A stretch of 63,641 nt of DNA, the filler included, from Octopus bimaculoides (taxonomy: Eukaryota): assembly GCF_001194135.2 (NCBI RefSeq). It is 6 parts of 5 records of this genome, joined end to end, with 100 filler letters (N's around TTAATTAATTAA, not from the genome) between each part and the next. Parts side by side here need not be neighbours in the genome. Positions count along the whole stretch, not along the records: positions 9,400 to 21,452 come from NC_068981.1; positions 21,553 to 32,676 come from NC_068982.1; 4 more parts are not named here. The stretch is one strand, 5' to 3'. The first letter of the stretch is position 1. The number at the start of each line of letters is the position of its first letter. Shown here one piece after another: positions 11,501 to 24,712 of this stretch. The translations under genes were made by a program, and so were the position numbers. The notes below the pieces were generated by a model, which saw only the letters and a program-made list of their open reading frames with translations, was not told where the DNA came from and searched no databases.

Positions 11501-12734
11501 TATATATATTTATAAACGTACATATGTGTGCGTTTCTTTTTGTGTGTGTATGTGTGTATGTGTATAAAGCTGGTGCTATATCTTGTATAAAGATATTACA
11601 TAACTGTCGCTAATTCCTACATACAGCACTTTAAAATAAACTACACTTTAGCTTTACACTTCTCTGAAATGTTTTAATCACGTTTGTATGATAACTATTA
11701 TTCTTGTAATTATTACTTTACAACTTTCACATAAAACTCATCAGCATAAATCTTAAGAGATAGACAAACTATGAACATTAATAATCCATATGGAATGAGT
11801 TTCACACTTGGATTACCGACATCTTAAGATATAGGCCTTCGTCTTCTTTTGATCTACAAAGCTTACTCAATATTGCCTTGTAATGGAATTTAATTGCATT
11901 GAAAGTGTTAGACTTCCCCCAACGTAGGTTATATCATCATGGCAATATGATTATGTGATTTTTAATGTCATGTGTATAAACATTTTATCCATGAAGTTGA
12001 TGATGTAATGTGTACAAGAATTCTGGAGTCAGTCATGAGAATAACATAGCGTCATGTATTGGCAACACTAACTGGGCAATTTTTCTGTTAATTTGTTAAA
12101 ACAAAGACAGCAGTATGGTTAATAAAAATACACATGACATCATATAGATTTCATTTGTCCGAGTCAGTCAACTTCATTGAAAAGAAATAATTGTTGCTGT
12201 TGTTTGGGCATTTGTTCATTGACATATTCTTAATAAATATTTTAAATGGGTGAGGCTATGCGTGAGTTGATGATATCAAAGATGAGTTTTTGAGGAATTA
12301 GTAGTGTATGTTGAAGACAAAAGGTATGTCTGCATAATGCTATTTTGCTTGGAATATTTTGTTTTCTCAGTTTCCAGATTCTAGACATTAAGTAGTGTTT
12401 TTTGTGAGTGGTAAAAGATCTGGATAACTACAACAATTCCTTCAGGATCTAGACGCTTCGAGTATGTTCTTGTAATTTTGCCAAAACGTTTGATGTTAGA
12501 AATGTACGTATAGTTTCTTCGAAGATCAAAAAGAAAGGGTGGATTTTCTTTATCTCCATAATGAGTACGAAACTTACTTTACTTTGTATTTTCTTTGCAG
12601 TTTCTTTTCGCGAGTGCGACATTAAAATTTAAAAGCTTAAATGCTGTTCTTCATGTAAATTGTTGTGATAAGAAGTGGTTTATTCTGTTAATTACTTGAC
12701 CTAATGTTTTACTGCATGTGTTTCAAATTATGTG

Positions 12735-13052
12735 GAGGCGCAATGGCCCAGTGGTTAGCGCTGCGGACTCGCAGCCGGAGGATCACGGTTTCGATTCCCA
12801 GACCGGGCGTTGTGAGTGTTTATTGAACGAAAATACCTAAGCACTACGAGGCTCCTGCAGGGGGTGGTGGCGACCCCTGTTGTACACTTTCGCCTCAAAT
12901 TTCTCTCACTCTTTCTTCCTGCTTCTTGAGTAACGCTGCGATGGAATGGCGTCCCGTCCAGATGGGGGGGGACACATACGCCATAGAAACCGGGAAACCG
13001 GGCCCATGAGCTTGGCTAGGCTTTGAAAGGGCGACGTTTATCGTTTATCGTT
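12735..13052 (+). mobile_element. Apparently full-length tRNA-derived SINE (distinct family; V-domain-like 3' block)
   Basis: Head ggcgcaatggcccagtggttagcgctgcggactcgc..ggtttcgattccc carries A/B boxes. gctgcgatggaatggcgtcccgtccag resembles the V-SINE conserved block. The element ends in a short tandem (tttatcg) tail. Confidence 0.8.
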
Positions 13053-14334
13053 TTAAAGTATGCTGCTTTGCAATTGCGAGCTTTAGATGACTGAGAGGAA
13101 GTGTACTTCTGGTTTTGTAATTCATTTATATGAGACTCTTCGTATATTGTGCCAGGTTGTAAATTTCACTTGATTATTTGAAATTTTATTTTGAAATATC
13201 GAAACTTATTTTACACAACCGAAATTTTTTATCAATTTCTAACGGTGGCATAATAACACAAATGTGTAATGGTGTGTGAAAGAATCTCGAAAGTATTCTC
13301 TGCACGCAACAAAACTTTATTTTATTGACACTGGTGTCAACAAATTTATTAAAGTTGAGAAAGCAGAGGAACATAAGTATATATATTAAAAGATATTTAG
13401 TCAGATACTTAACCAATTTTGACATTCCTTCATCTCCATTATTTCACATTACTACTAAAAGTATTGTTTTTATTATTCCGTGATTTCCCCTTACATATTG
13501 TATTCTGTGGTACAAATGAAGCAGTTTGTGATTACCAGGCATAAATGTCAAGGCTACTCTGAGAAAGCTACTACTGGGAAAGGATTTATGATAGTTTTGT
13601 TATTATCCTATTCCTCACCACATTTTATGAGCACAATTCGAAAAAAATTTCATAGCCGGAATTATTTTGTAGGATCAAGTCATTACACCTCACTAACACT
13701 TGACCAATAACACCTACTTCATATGTTAGTAGCTGGTTATTTTCACATACACACACACATACACAGACGCACACACACACACACACACTACACACACGCG
13801 CGCCCGCCCGCACACATACACACATATTATTTGACTTCTCTTTGTAATTTGTCTACTCACATTACCGATCTTTTTATTTATATCTAAAAATCTGTTTTCC
13901 TTTATCTCAATGTTTTACTGCCTTTCATAAAAGTTGTTCTATGTTACATCTTTATCTCACTTTATATTATTTTCTCTATTCATAGATACTTTCATAGCAC
14001 TTAACTTTCTTGGGCAGACAATATCTAAATCTAACTTGCATATATTTGGATATATGAGTCTATTTTTTTTATATATATATATTGAATATGTAAATCTACA
14101 CGCTATAACTTCAAGCTCATACGAGGAAATGTGCACCGGCTCGACTCTACCTATGGTCATGGAGGTACGAGAGAAAACATCGGCGGGTGTAAGCTAAATA
14201 TGAATATATACATACAAATATACATACAAACACACACAGACATATGCACACAAAGACATATACACACAATAACTTATACGAACTCGCATTTGCATTGTAC
14301 GTAGATAGAGAAACAAACATGTATATATAGAATA

Positions 14335-14445
14335 AGAGAGAGAGAAAGAGAGAGAGAAAGGGAGAGAGAGAAAGAGAGAGAGAAAGGGAGAGAGAGTAAG
14401 ATAGATACATAGAGAGAGAGAGAGAAAGAGGGGGGGGCGAGAGAG
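14335..14445. repeat. (GA)n-rich repeat
   Basis: Direct inspection of the sequence. Confidence 0.9.
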
Positions 14446-15849
14446 GGCAACAGATAGGTGTAGATCGATTGATTAATAAATTCCATTTAGTGTAACATTT
14501 TCTACACTTCATTTATACGTTACTAAATGCATATTTCTGTAAACGCATTCAGACAATGTTACATATTGGTTAGTGAAAATTATAATCTAGAGAAATATCA
14601 TTCTAACGCTAACTGTATACTAAGAATGTTAAACAATTGCTCACGATTTATCCTCTCTAGAAATCTAGGGATATAAAGATAATCATAACTATAGGACATT
14701 TGGTTACTAATTTCAGTACCACACGTCCATCAATGTTTCCATAAAATCTACGTTTCTAGATATTGGATGTACCTAGCACTGTATTTATGCTTCTTTTTTG
14801 CTTCACATTTAATTGTTGTTAATCCGAAATGATAAATACATTTAAATTCATATTCTTATTTATTTGCACACATTGATAAATTACTAATTCATAATATATA
14901 CGCATTTATACGTAGGCCTCTGATGTCTCCAAAAAGTTACATTAAAAAAAAATAACCTTCATGTGAATCAAACGCACGCCTTTTGTCGTAACCCAAGGAA
15001 ATTGCATCTGTACTATAAACTGTAAATTTTCTAATAGACTATATTTTGTACATATCCAAAAATTCTGCATGAACATCAAAGCTGTTCCTGCACATTGTTT
15101 TGTAAATAATTGTAAGATCGTAAATGTTTAAAATTTCTTTACTTCTTGTTTACTCGATAGTAGAGACGATAGTCTTAGATTTATATAATCAAACTCTAAT
15201 GTTAACTGTATAGAATATATAGCTGGAGAGTGATTTTCAGTCTTTCAAAACTGACATGAATGAATTACTTTTAATGACACTTATTTAAATTGTAGAATTA
15301 GCAGAGAAAAAATATGGTAAATGTATCAAGATAACCTTAACTAAAAAAAAAAATATATATGATTAAAGCCTAATGCATACACAAAATATATGATTAATTC
15401 TGATTTAATATTCTTCCCGTAGTGTATGATATGTCATTTCATTATTCGTAGCTCAATACACGCAGAACCACATCATGCATATTTTCTAATTTTTCTAAGA
15501 CCGGTAGGTTGTAATTTAAACGACATTTAGTTGGTATTTAGCTTTCCTTTTTCACAAATACTTCCGCAACTTGTGTGCGTTTGTGTGTGTGTGTGTGTGT
15601 GTGTGTACATACGATACGCAAAAAATCCGACAAGAGATTTTAAATGAGAAATCATTTAGGTGTTACATGATATTGTCTATTTAATGCTGGTATGGGAGCA
15701 GAAATGTATCTATACAGCTTAACAGCTGAAGACGGACGGGGTTACGTTTGAGATTACGGATATCGGTAGGAGTCAGAATGTCTAAATAAACAAACCAAAT
15801 GAAGTTTATGTAACATAAGTATAGGAAATAGTGAAGTGATAAACATAGC

Positions 15850-16022
15850 GGCTGATGTGCAACAGTGGCTGCATGGTAAGAAGTTTGGTTCCCAAGCATA
15901 TGGTTGGTTTGGGATTCAGTCCCACTGCATGACACTTTGGGCAAGTTTCTTCTGTTGCCTCGGGCCGACCAAAACCTTGTGAGTGGATATAGTAAACGAA
16001 AACTAAAAGAAGCCCGTCGTAT
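15850..16022 (+). mobile_element. SINE family B, 5' (head) half followed by (TA)n
   Basis: ttcagtcccactgc..ttgggcaagt..cctcgggccgaccaaaaccttgtgagtggat..aagaagcccgtcgtatat. Confidence 0.9.
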
Positions 16023-16461
16023 ATATATGTATATATATATATATANNNNNNNNNNGTGCGTGTATATAGATAGACTGACAGACATTCGCCTATACTATGT
16101 TACTACTCTATTTGCCCTGAGATACCATCTCCTAGTGTTAAAAACAGAATAAATATCAAAGAGCGAAAAAAAGTCACCCCTAGCAGTGTCAACGACACTG
16201 CCAAATGTAATAGGTACTTTTGGGTCTTTCAAAAGGATACGTACAAGTAGCCAACCACATGCTGGAACGAGAATTCGTCACCTCCGGCCGGGGAGGTTTT
16301 CTTCTCTCACTCATATTTATTGTGCACTTAACACAGCGACTCCGTAAGAGATATTACAGAAGGAAATACAGCAATAACAGATCTATCGATAATGCGTATA
16401 TATTAAATATGACACATAGATGGCTATTTTGATTTAATCATTCCTCAGCTGCGTATACTGA

Positions 16462-16505
<44 letters not shown>

Positions 16506-16837
16506 ATCTATCTATCTATCTATCTGTCTGTCTGTCTGTCTGTACATACGTATGTGTATAAGTACATACACATCCACATACGCATATATATATATGTATA
16601 TATGTATACATATATTGTGTGTGTATGTGTGTTTGTATATATATATATATATATATNNNNNNNNNNNNNNNNNNNNNNNNNNNNNNNNNNNNNNNNNNNN
16701 NNNNNNNNNNNNNNNNNNNNNNNNNNNNNNNNNNNNNNNNNNNNNNNNNNNNNNNNNNNNNNNNNNNNNNNNNNNNNNNNNNNNNNNNNNNNNNNNNNNN
16801 NNNNNNNNNNNNNNNNNNNNNNNNNNNATATATATCC

Positions 16838-18292
16838 CTTCTTTCCCTGCTCCTTATTCTCAAGATGTCAGAAAGCAAGACCCCACCGCCCACCAAACGA
16901 CATCCGCGATGAAACTGTCATCACCATCTACAAGAAGAGAGGCCGAAAGGATTGCAACAACTATTGGGACATCTCACTCCCAAGTATTGCAGCTAATATC
17001 ATCGCCCGTATACTACTCAGTCGCCTCTTCATCCTCCCGGCAGACGTCCTTCTTGAGTCCCAGCCTGGCAATGTGGGCTCTCCTTGCCCGGTTAAGATGT
17101 CCGGAGGACTTCATTTCCCCTGGTCAGCTTCCTCCACGCTGGCATGGTAGGTAAGGTATGCCATGAAAATGCTCTCACAGACCCATTCCCCATCACTGGG
17201 GGTCTTAAGCAAGGATACGTCCTGCCACGAACCTGTTTATCTTTGTACATGTCCTCCATGTCCAACAAAATCCCACAAGACATCAACATGGCTAACTCTT
17301 CAATCTCGCACGTCTCCGAGCAAAGACGAGGAACTCCGCCATCTCAGTCCGTGAGATGTAGTATGCCGACGACAATGCCACTCCGAGCCGGACAGCAGAT
17401 AGCCTACAAAGGAAGGCCGATCTTTACAACACGGCTTACGAACGCTTCGCGATGCAGATGCACACATGAAACACCAGAACAGTTCACCCATAAACATTAG
17501 AATCAACGGCCAACCTCTAAAAGAAGTTGAACACTTCACATACTTCGAAGTATCTTTTCGAAGTCCTCCACGTAGAGAACCATATTCGGCAGACTAATCC
17601 AACTTGTATTCTTCAATTACGCGTGTTGACCATCCGAACAAAGGTCATGGTATTCCGTACCATTGTCCTGTCAATTTTACTCTATGCTTGTGAGGCTTGG
17701 ACGTTGTACCGCCGTGATTTCAAGCGCCTTGAATGCTTCCAGTAATCGAAGCTACGACAGATCCTCAACATACAATGGAAAGATCACGTTACCAACAATG
17801 GGGTTCTTCGCCGCGCCCCCGTACCAAATGTCGAAACCACCATTCTTCGTCATCGTCTCCACTGAGCAGGACATGTCCAATGTATGGAGCCCTCTCGTCT
17901 CCCAGGGATCATGCTCTACAGAGAACTTGCAATCGGAACAAGACCCAGTGGAGGTCCGAAATTCGGTTTTAAAGACCATCACAAACAGACCTTGGCTCAA
18001 GTTACCATCTAGCCATCCTCATGGGAACAGATCACCATTGATAGGACAGCCTGAAGGACTGTTATCCGCAATGGAGCCAGTTCCTTCGAGCAGAACAGAC
18101 AACAGAATGAGGAGGCCTAACGCAGGAGAAGGGAGCGTCTTCAACATGCTCGACCTGCACCGACCATCCCTTGCGAGTTCTACCCACGACTCTTTCACCA
18201 CCGACCTGGACGCCACAGTCACTTTCGGCACAAACATCTGTCAAAGAGACAGGATAGAAACTGACGAGCCCAATGCCGATGATATATATATA
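16838..18292 (+). pseudogene. 5'-truncated RTE-clade (BovB-like) LINE, degraded RT plus C-terminus
   Basis: Translated pieces: VITIYKKRG..NYWDISL.SIAANIIARILL.RL, GLKQGYVL, YADD (17362-17373), KVMVFRTIVLSILLYACEAWTLYRR and QILNIQWKDHVTN. Ends in (TA)n. Confidence 0.93.
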
Positions 18293-18461
18293 TATATATA
18301 TANNNNNNNNNNNNNNNNNNNNNNNNNNNNNNNNNNNNNNNNNNNNNNNNNNNNNNNNNNNNNNNNNNNNNNNNNNNNNNNNNNNNNNNNNNNNNNNNNN
18401 NNNNNNNNNNNNNNNNNNNNNNNNNNNNNNNGGGTACCAAGGATACCAACACCTCTCATAC

Positions 18462-18492
<31 letters not shown>

Positions 18493-18514
18493 GATAGATA
18501 TATATATATATACG

Positions 18515-18775
18515 ACGTATTAGTGTTTAGGTTTTTGCCTAATGACCTGCACAAATAATTTACTTATAGTGATGAAATGTTCGTATCTCACATTAGCTCA
18601 CACTTTCCATTAAATCGACGTTGTCTGAACAGGTGATCTACGTGTCAGGTGTCCAAGTGATCGTAGAGCAACGTGAGACGAAGTGTTTTGCACAAAAAGA
18701 CAACGCACCACCCAGTCTAGGAATTGAAATCACGATCTCACGATCATTAGTGTAGCACTAAGCAATGAATAAATA
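18515..18775 (-). mobile_element. SINE-like repeat, family D
   Basis: Reverse complement has a B-box-like tttcaattcc and aaaacacttcgtctcacgttgctc. Shares cctgcacaaat..attagctcac..ttcca with 47095-47300. Confidence 0.6.
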
Positions 18776-19883
18776 AAAACCACTAAGCCATGAATAAAGA
18801 AAAAAAATAGGTGGCCATATTTTCGAAGAATTCTGTCATCCAAGTATATTAAAGCAGCATAAATTTGAAATCACATTTGGTATTAAACACACTTTACATT
18901 TTTCATATGGCAGTTTAATTGGTTTTATAGGATAAAACATCTAATTAAATTACTTTCATGATTAATATTTGTACCGACAACGTGTGTATATATATATATA
19001 TATATATATCGAGTCTGGCCTTTCATGTGAGACTTATATGGCGGAACCAAATCATATACAGATATAATTAACGTGCAGACTTGACATAACTATCTTTAAA
19101 GAGAACTTATTGATTTCGTTGTTTTTCTTTATCTCCAGGTCACCTTTTATCAAACTTTGTATGAACAAAGTCGTTTTAGATGTAAATATCCTGTTATATT
19201 TAATTTACGCGTAATGTATCTAGGTTTAATCAATGTGTCAATTTGTAAAAAAGAAAATTTTGGCAGTTTTGTTTTTGTTTTTGTTTTGTTTTTTCCTAAC
19301 AGGCTGATTGACTAGGTAAAACCACACTCGTTGACATGTCTAAAATTTTCCAAAGTTAAGCCGAAATACAGATTTGAGTAATGTAAAAATGGTATGATTT
19401 AATTATTTGAAAATCATTAATTTTCGGTGCGAGAATGTTGAAGAACACATTTCGCAAAGGAATCACCTTCGACCTATTTCAAACGAGAGTAAACTCAAAA
19501 GAACATACGAAAAATCTGATCAGGTTTGCGTAGTTTTTGAACCAATACATATATGAAGAATTGAATCCGCGGAACAGCTTCTGCTCAACCTAGAAATCGT
19601 TATCGCTTTTGATTTCTACGATGACAAGTCTCCTTGTCAGACAAAAGTACACACGCTTAGAGACACACCAAAACACACATCATTACATTCATACATCTAT
19701 CCATACATGCTGACGTGTGAATGTGTGTGTATACAAATATGTGTGTGTGTGTGTAACTCAGGACAGATTCTTTGTAAGCCTAGTACTTATTCAATCGGTT
19801 TCTTATGCCGAACTGCTAATTTCCTAGGACGTAAAATCACCAATATCACCTGTCAGCGGGGACAGAGTCACACAAGCATATAC

Positions 19884-19915
<32 letters not shown>

Positions 19916-20659
19916 NNNNNNNNNNNNNNNNNNNNNNNNNNNNNNNNNNNNNNNNNNNNNNNNNNNNNNNNNNNNNNNNNNNNNNNNNNNNNNNNNNNNN
20001 NNNNNNNNNNNNNNNNNNNNNNNNNNNNNNNNNNNNNNNNNNNNNNNNNNNNNNNNNNNNNNNNNNNNNNNNNNNNNNNNNNNNNNNNNNNNNNNNNNNN
20101 NNNNNNNNNNNNNNNNNNNNNNNNNNNNNNNNNNNNNNNNNNNNNNNNNNNNNNNNNNNNNNNNNNNNNNNNNNNNNNNNNNNNNNNNNNNNNNNNNNNN
20201 NNNNNNNNNNNNNNNNNNNNNNNNNNNNNNNNNNNNNNNNNNNNNNNNNNNNNNNNNNNNNNNNNNNNNNNNNNNNNNNNNNNNNNNNNNNNNNNNNNNN
20301 NNNNNNNNNNNNNNNNNNNNNNNNNNNNNNNNNNNNNNNNNNNNNNNNNNNNNNNNNNNNNNNNNNNNNNNNNNNNNNNNNNNNNNNNNNNNNNNNNNNN
20401 NNNNNNNNNNNNNNNNNNNNNNNNNNNNNNNNNNNNNNNNNNNNNNNNNNNNNNNNNNNNNNNNNNNNNNNNNNNNNNNNNNNNNNNNNNNNNNNNNNNN
20501 NNNNNNNNNNNNNNNNNNNNNNNNNNNNNNNNNNNNNNNNNNNNNNNNNNNNNNNNNNNNNNNNNNNNNNNNNNNNNNNNNNNNNNNNNNNNNNNNNNNN
20601 NNNNNNNNNNNNNNNNNNNNNNNNNNNNNNNNNNNNNATATATAAACGAGTGATAATGC

Positions 20660-20788
20660 TAATAAATAGCGTGATCAGGATAAATTATCCATACATGGCA
20701 TAAAAATACGTTACCGACCAGCCATGAGGCTCGAACTCACATCTCTGAGATTACATGTCAAGTGCTTTACCATTAAGTTAAACTGCCC
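20660..20788 (-). mobile_element. Short tRNA-derived repeat (family E)
   Basis: GGGCAGTTTAACTTAATGGTAAAGCAC..GAGTTCGAGCC, homologous to 48137-48245 including sequence beyond the tRNA part. Confidence 0.7.
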
Positions 20789-21125
20789 AGTAACGATACT
20801 TTCAATACATCTCAACGCTTCTAAAACAAACTTTGTTTACTTTCATCGCAAGTTGAATTTAACTTTAGCGTATATATATAATTAGCTTGTAAGAAAATCT
20901 CTAAATGAGATGAAAGCAATACCTAAACCGAGAAGTAATGTTTATCGTCATTTAAACATTGTTTTTTGCTGAACTATTATGCTACAGGGGAGTAAAGAAA
21001 CCAGCACCGGTTTTCATGCAGTGGAGTGAGACACAGTCATAAAAACACACACACCACACACACGCACCCATACATACACACACATATACACATATACATA
21101 TATATTTATGTATACATGTACAAAC

Positions 21126-21156
<31 letters not shown>

Positions 21157-21656
21157 TATGTATGCCTGTATGTTCATACATTTATATGTATGTGTTGTCC
21201 AACCCACTATCCGGTAGCGTCCAATTCTCTAACGGTTTTTTTCAAATGAATCACGTCATAACCTTATCCATCTATTGTTTTCATACTCGGTCATAATGTA
21301 TTACGTTTAAGATGATTCCCATGCATTCCCTGAAGAGAAGGTTACAATTTTAATATCACAGATCCCTATGGATCACATAGGTTGTAATCATTTGAAACAT
21401 ATGTAGGAATATAGTATGCAATTATAACATGCGTTTTCTCCATTCCTTAAATNNNNNNNNNNNNNNNNNNNNNNNNNNNNNNNNNNNNNNNNNNNNTTAA
21501 TTAATTAANNNNNNNNNNNNNNNNNNNNNNNNNNNNNNNNNNNNNNNNNNNNGATTGCAGATAATATTTCTGAATCTCTTTGATTCTTTACATGTGCTGG
21601 CCTCCTGATAATTAATCGATATTAATTAATATATGGCTAATTACCAGATTTTATAA

Positions 21657-21686
<30 letters not shown>

Positions 21687-21687
<1 letters not shown>

Positions 21688-23057
21688 TAGGTTGTCAAGA
21701 ACGTTCTTGCGGTTTTTAACCTTTAAATTCAGATGCACATATCTCGGCTCAAACAAAACTTTATTAATCGAACTAATCACAATCAGAATCAACACACTTT
21801 TGTCAACGGAAAACAAGTTTATTCATGCAAGTAGCGTAAAAATCCTGCGTTCTGGCGGTGATGAAGTCGTTGAAGGCGTGTTTGGCATCGTCTTGGTTTT
21901 TGAAGCATTTCTCACGCAGGATGTAGTCGAGATGCTTGACAAAGTGGTAGTCGGTAGGCGAGAGTTCTGGTGAGTATGGAGGACGAGGCAGAGTTGCGTA
22001 GCCCAATTCGTTCAACTTCTGCAGGGTCAGTTGTGCGACGTGCAGCCAGCGTTGTCGTGGAGAAGAATTGGTCTTTTTCTATTGACCAATGCTGACTGTT
22101 CTTGTCGGAGTTTCTTATGCATTTCATCCATTTGCTGACAGTACTTTTTCACCGTAATGGTTTTGCCTTGATCCAAAATGCTGTGATGGATGAGACCGGC
22201 CACAGACCACCAAACAGTCACCATGACCTTCTTTTGGTGGAACTTTGGATTCGGGAAGTGCCGTGGAGCTTCGCCAGCGTCCAACCACTGGGCTGAGCGT
22301 CTCGGGTTGTCGTAAAGAATCCACTTTTCATCGCCAGTCACAAGCCNNNNNNNNNNNNNNNNNNNNNNNNNNNNNNNNNNNNNNNNNNNNNNNNNNNNNN
22401 NNNNNNNNNNNNNNNNNNNNNNNNNNNNNNNNNNNNNNNNNNNNNNNNNNNNNNNNNNNNNNNNNNNNNNNNNNNNNNNNNNNNNNNNNNNNNNNNNGGG
22501 GGGGGGTTGTCGTTCAATTCGTGCGGCACCCATTTCTCAAGTATTTTTGTTTTTCCAATCTCTTTCAAGGGGTTGGAAATTGTCGTATACGTTACGTCCA
22601 ATTCAGAAGCAAGCTCTCGAACAGCTGTGTGTAGATTGGCTTCCACTAAGGCTCTTAGTTGATCGTTGTCAACATCCGATGGCCGACCACTACGCTAATC
22701 ATCTTCAAGACTCTAGTCACCGCTACGAAATTTCTTGAACCACCATTGTGCTGTACGTTCATTAGTGGTTCCTGGACGAAACGCATCGTTGATATCGCAA
22801 GTTGTTTTAACAGCTTTTCGGCCTAGCTTGAACGGGAATAAGAAAATTGTGCGAATTTGCTTTTTATCCATGTTGTATTCAACGTTCCGGGAAAAAATGG
22901 CCTAATTATTCAAAGAGAAAAAGAGTAACACGATTAGGTAGAGCGAAAGACGTGCTTTAAAATGATATATAAAGTCAAAGTAATTTAATGAAAATTAATT
23001 TGAAAGTACATCATTTAAAACCGAAATAAAAAATTCCGCAAGAACTTATGTTCTTGT
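21687..23057 (-). mobile_element. Mariner DNA transposon, cecropia/Hsmar1-like, inactive
   Basis: TA followed by TIR ttaggttgtcaagaacgttcttgcggttttt at 21687. A damaged matching end aattccgcaagaac lies at ~23032-23057. The element sits at a (TA)n tract. Confidence 0.93.
21764..22871 (-). pseudogene. Mariner DD34D transposase pseudogene (internal N gap)
   Basis: MDKKQIRTIFLFPFKLGRKA..WWFKKFRSGD*SLEDD*RSGRPSDVDNDQL..KWVPHEL; TGDEKWILYDN; KKVMVTVWW; LLHDNA; PPYSPELSPTDYH; NKLVFR*QKCV. In-frame stops and frameshifts are present. Confidence 0.95.
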
Positions 23058-23789
23058 TAGTTTTTATGGCAAGTTATACATAGAATCAGTTTAATGTTAA
23101 AAACTGAAACTTCTCGATACTTTTTAGCAGAGTACAGGAAGCGGCTGACAGTGATTTCGAAGTTTATACTCGATTACCTTCAGCAGATCGTGATTTCCTA
23201 TGATTTTTTTTTACTTTTGTGAACTCTTAAAAAACCAACATTATACACGATGAATATCGGTACTAATTACAGTAAAATCAGTTTATGTAGGATTTTCAAA
23301 TGAATTAGTTGTCTTTGTTAGAATTTATATTAATCTATTCATTCGGATCGTTATTGACTTAATAATTTAGGTCCCTTTCTTCTGTGTGTTATCAAGTCAG
23401 CAAACAACGGTTGATTTCCTTAACTGAACCATGTACCTATGATAGAACTTTTGTAGGAGGATACAAAGTTGATTTTCCGTTGATTTTCTTTAGTTGCTGT
23501 TTATAAGATATCATTTCATCAGTTATAGTCAATTCTCAATAGAGAGAAAGGAAAAGGTGGGTAGAGAAAGATGAAAAAATCAGGGTCAGTAACTGAAAGG
23601 ATGAAAGGTAAAACTGGAGCAAGTACTGCCTAGTATTCTATTCGGTGCTCTAACTACTCTACAAATAAAAGAAATATTAACCATTTTATGAATGAATGTA
23701 ATGGGTGCTTATTAGCTTTGAGAATTAATTCTGGAACTAAATGTTTTACATATTTAATGTCGTTCTCATTCAACTCCCTGTTTACTAAT

Positions 23790-24370
23790 GTCCATATGCA
23801 TTTACATCATGGGACTGTTTCAGCAATGACCACATTTTCTAATGACATCTGACACTAATCCGCATGTGAAACCTTCATTACACCACGACACACGCTTGCG
23901 TTTTTACTGTCTAATCTTCACAAATCCATTCAAAGTCCACATCTCGTTGCCATGCAACGTCGCATTTTGTACACAAGCATCGTACAATCTGCTTTTCACT
24001 CTGACGGAAGAGCCCTTTGGCTGCCAACAGAAATAATAGATCTTTGAACTTTTCCAACCTTACTTACTCTGATTACTATACTTCCAGAACATCCACACCG
24101 ACTACTTAGTAGGTTAACCAGGCAACAGAAGCTAACGAGTACTCTTACAGAACATCCGAGCCCTTGAGGGAATCTATTTTTTGTATGCTCCATGCGCATA
24201 TTGTCCTTGTGCAGCTGCATATGAAGTCAGCCCTCTCTGTTATCCCTCTTGTGATCCCACAATACGTTTTGTCTGGCCCTTGTTTGCACTGGGCATGCGT
24301 AAACATGTTTCTACCTACTCCTTATCTTCATACCCAACTCATCCATTTTCTTGATAGTGGCAGAGTCCTG
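23790..24370 (-). pseudogene. RTE-clade LINE fragment (post-RT region with Cys-rich insert)
   Basis: Decayed C..C/FICSC motif, then RLEKFKDLLFLLAAKGL / VKSRLYDACV..LHGNEMWTL, the RTE-type continuation. Confidence 0.75.
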
Positions 24371-24542
24371 TTTTCTTTTTCACTTAGGATAATTTTAGTA
24401 TTGACTAAGTTTACTATAATGATTTTCAATTTCAGATTTTGCTTCAATGTCTGGAATTTCTTCAACTCTTCTAGATTCTACCTTAAGAATTAGATTATTC
24501 ATATACATGACTTCCTATGGTGAATCGGTCTTAAACTACAAC

Positions 24543-24712
<170 letters not shown>

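Noticed and set aside
13186-13425. 79-aa ORF with a hydrophobic, signal-peptide-like start
   Set aside because: The F/L/I/K/N composition is what AT-rich random DNA gives. No splice or expression support.
19139-19315. Two strong plus-strand acceptors (19138, 19302) with possible short exons
   Set aside because: The 13-nt segment has stops in all three frames, the other donor is weak, and the pyrimidine tract is a (TTTTG)n repeat.
23125-23205. Short protein-like plus-strand frame RVQEAADSDFEVYTRLPSADRDFL* after a NAGNAG acceptor
   Set aside because: Only 24 codons, no partner exon, and expected by chance in 63 kb.
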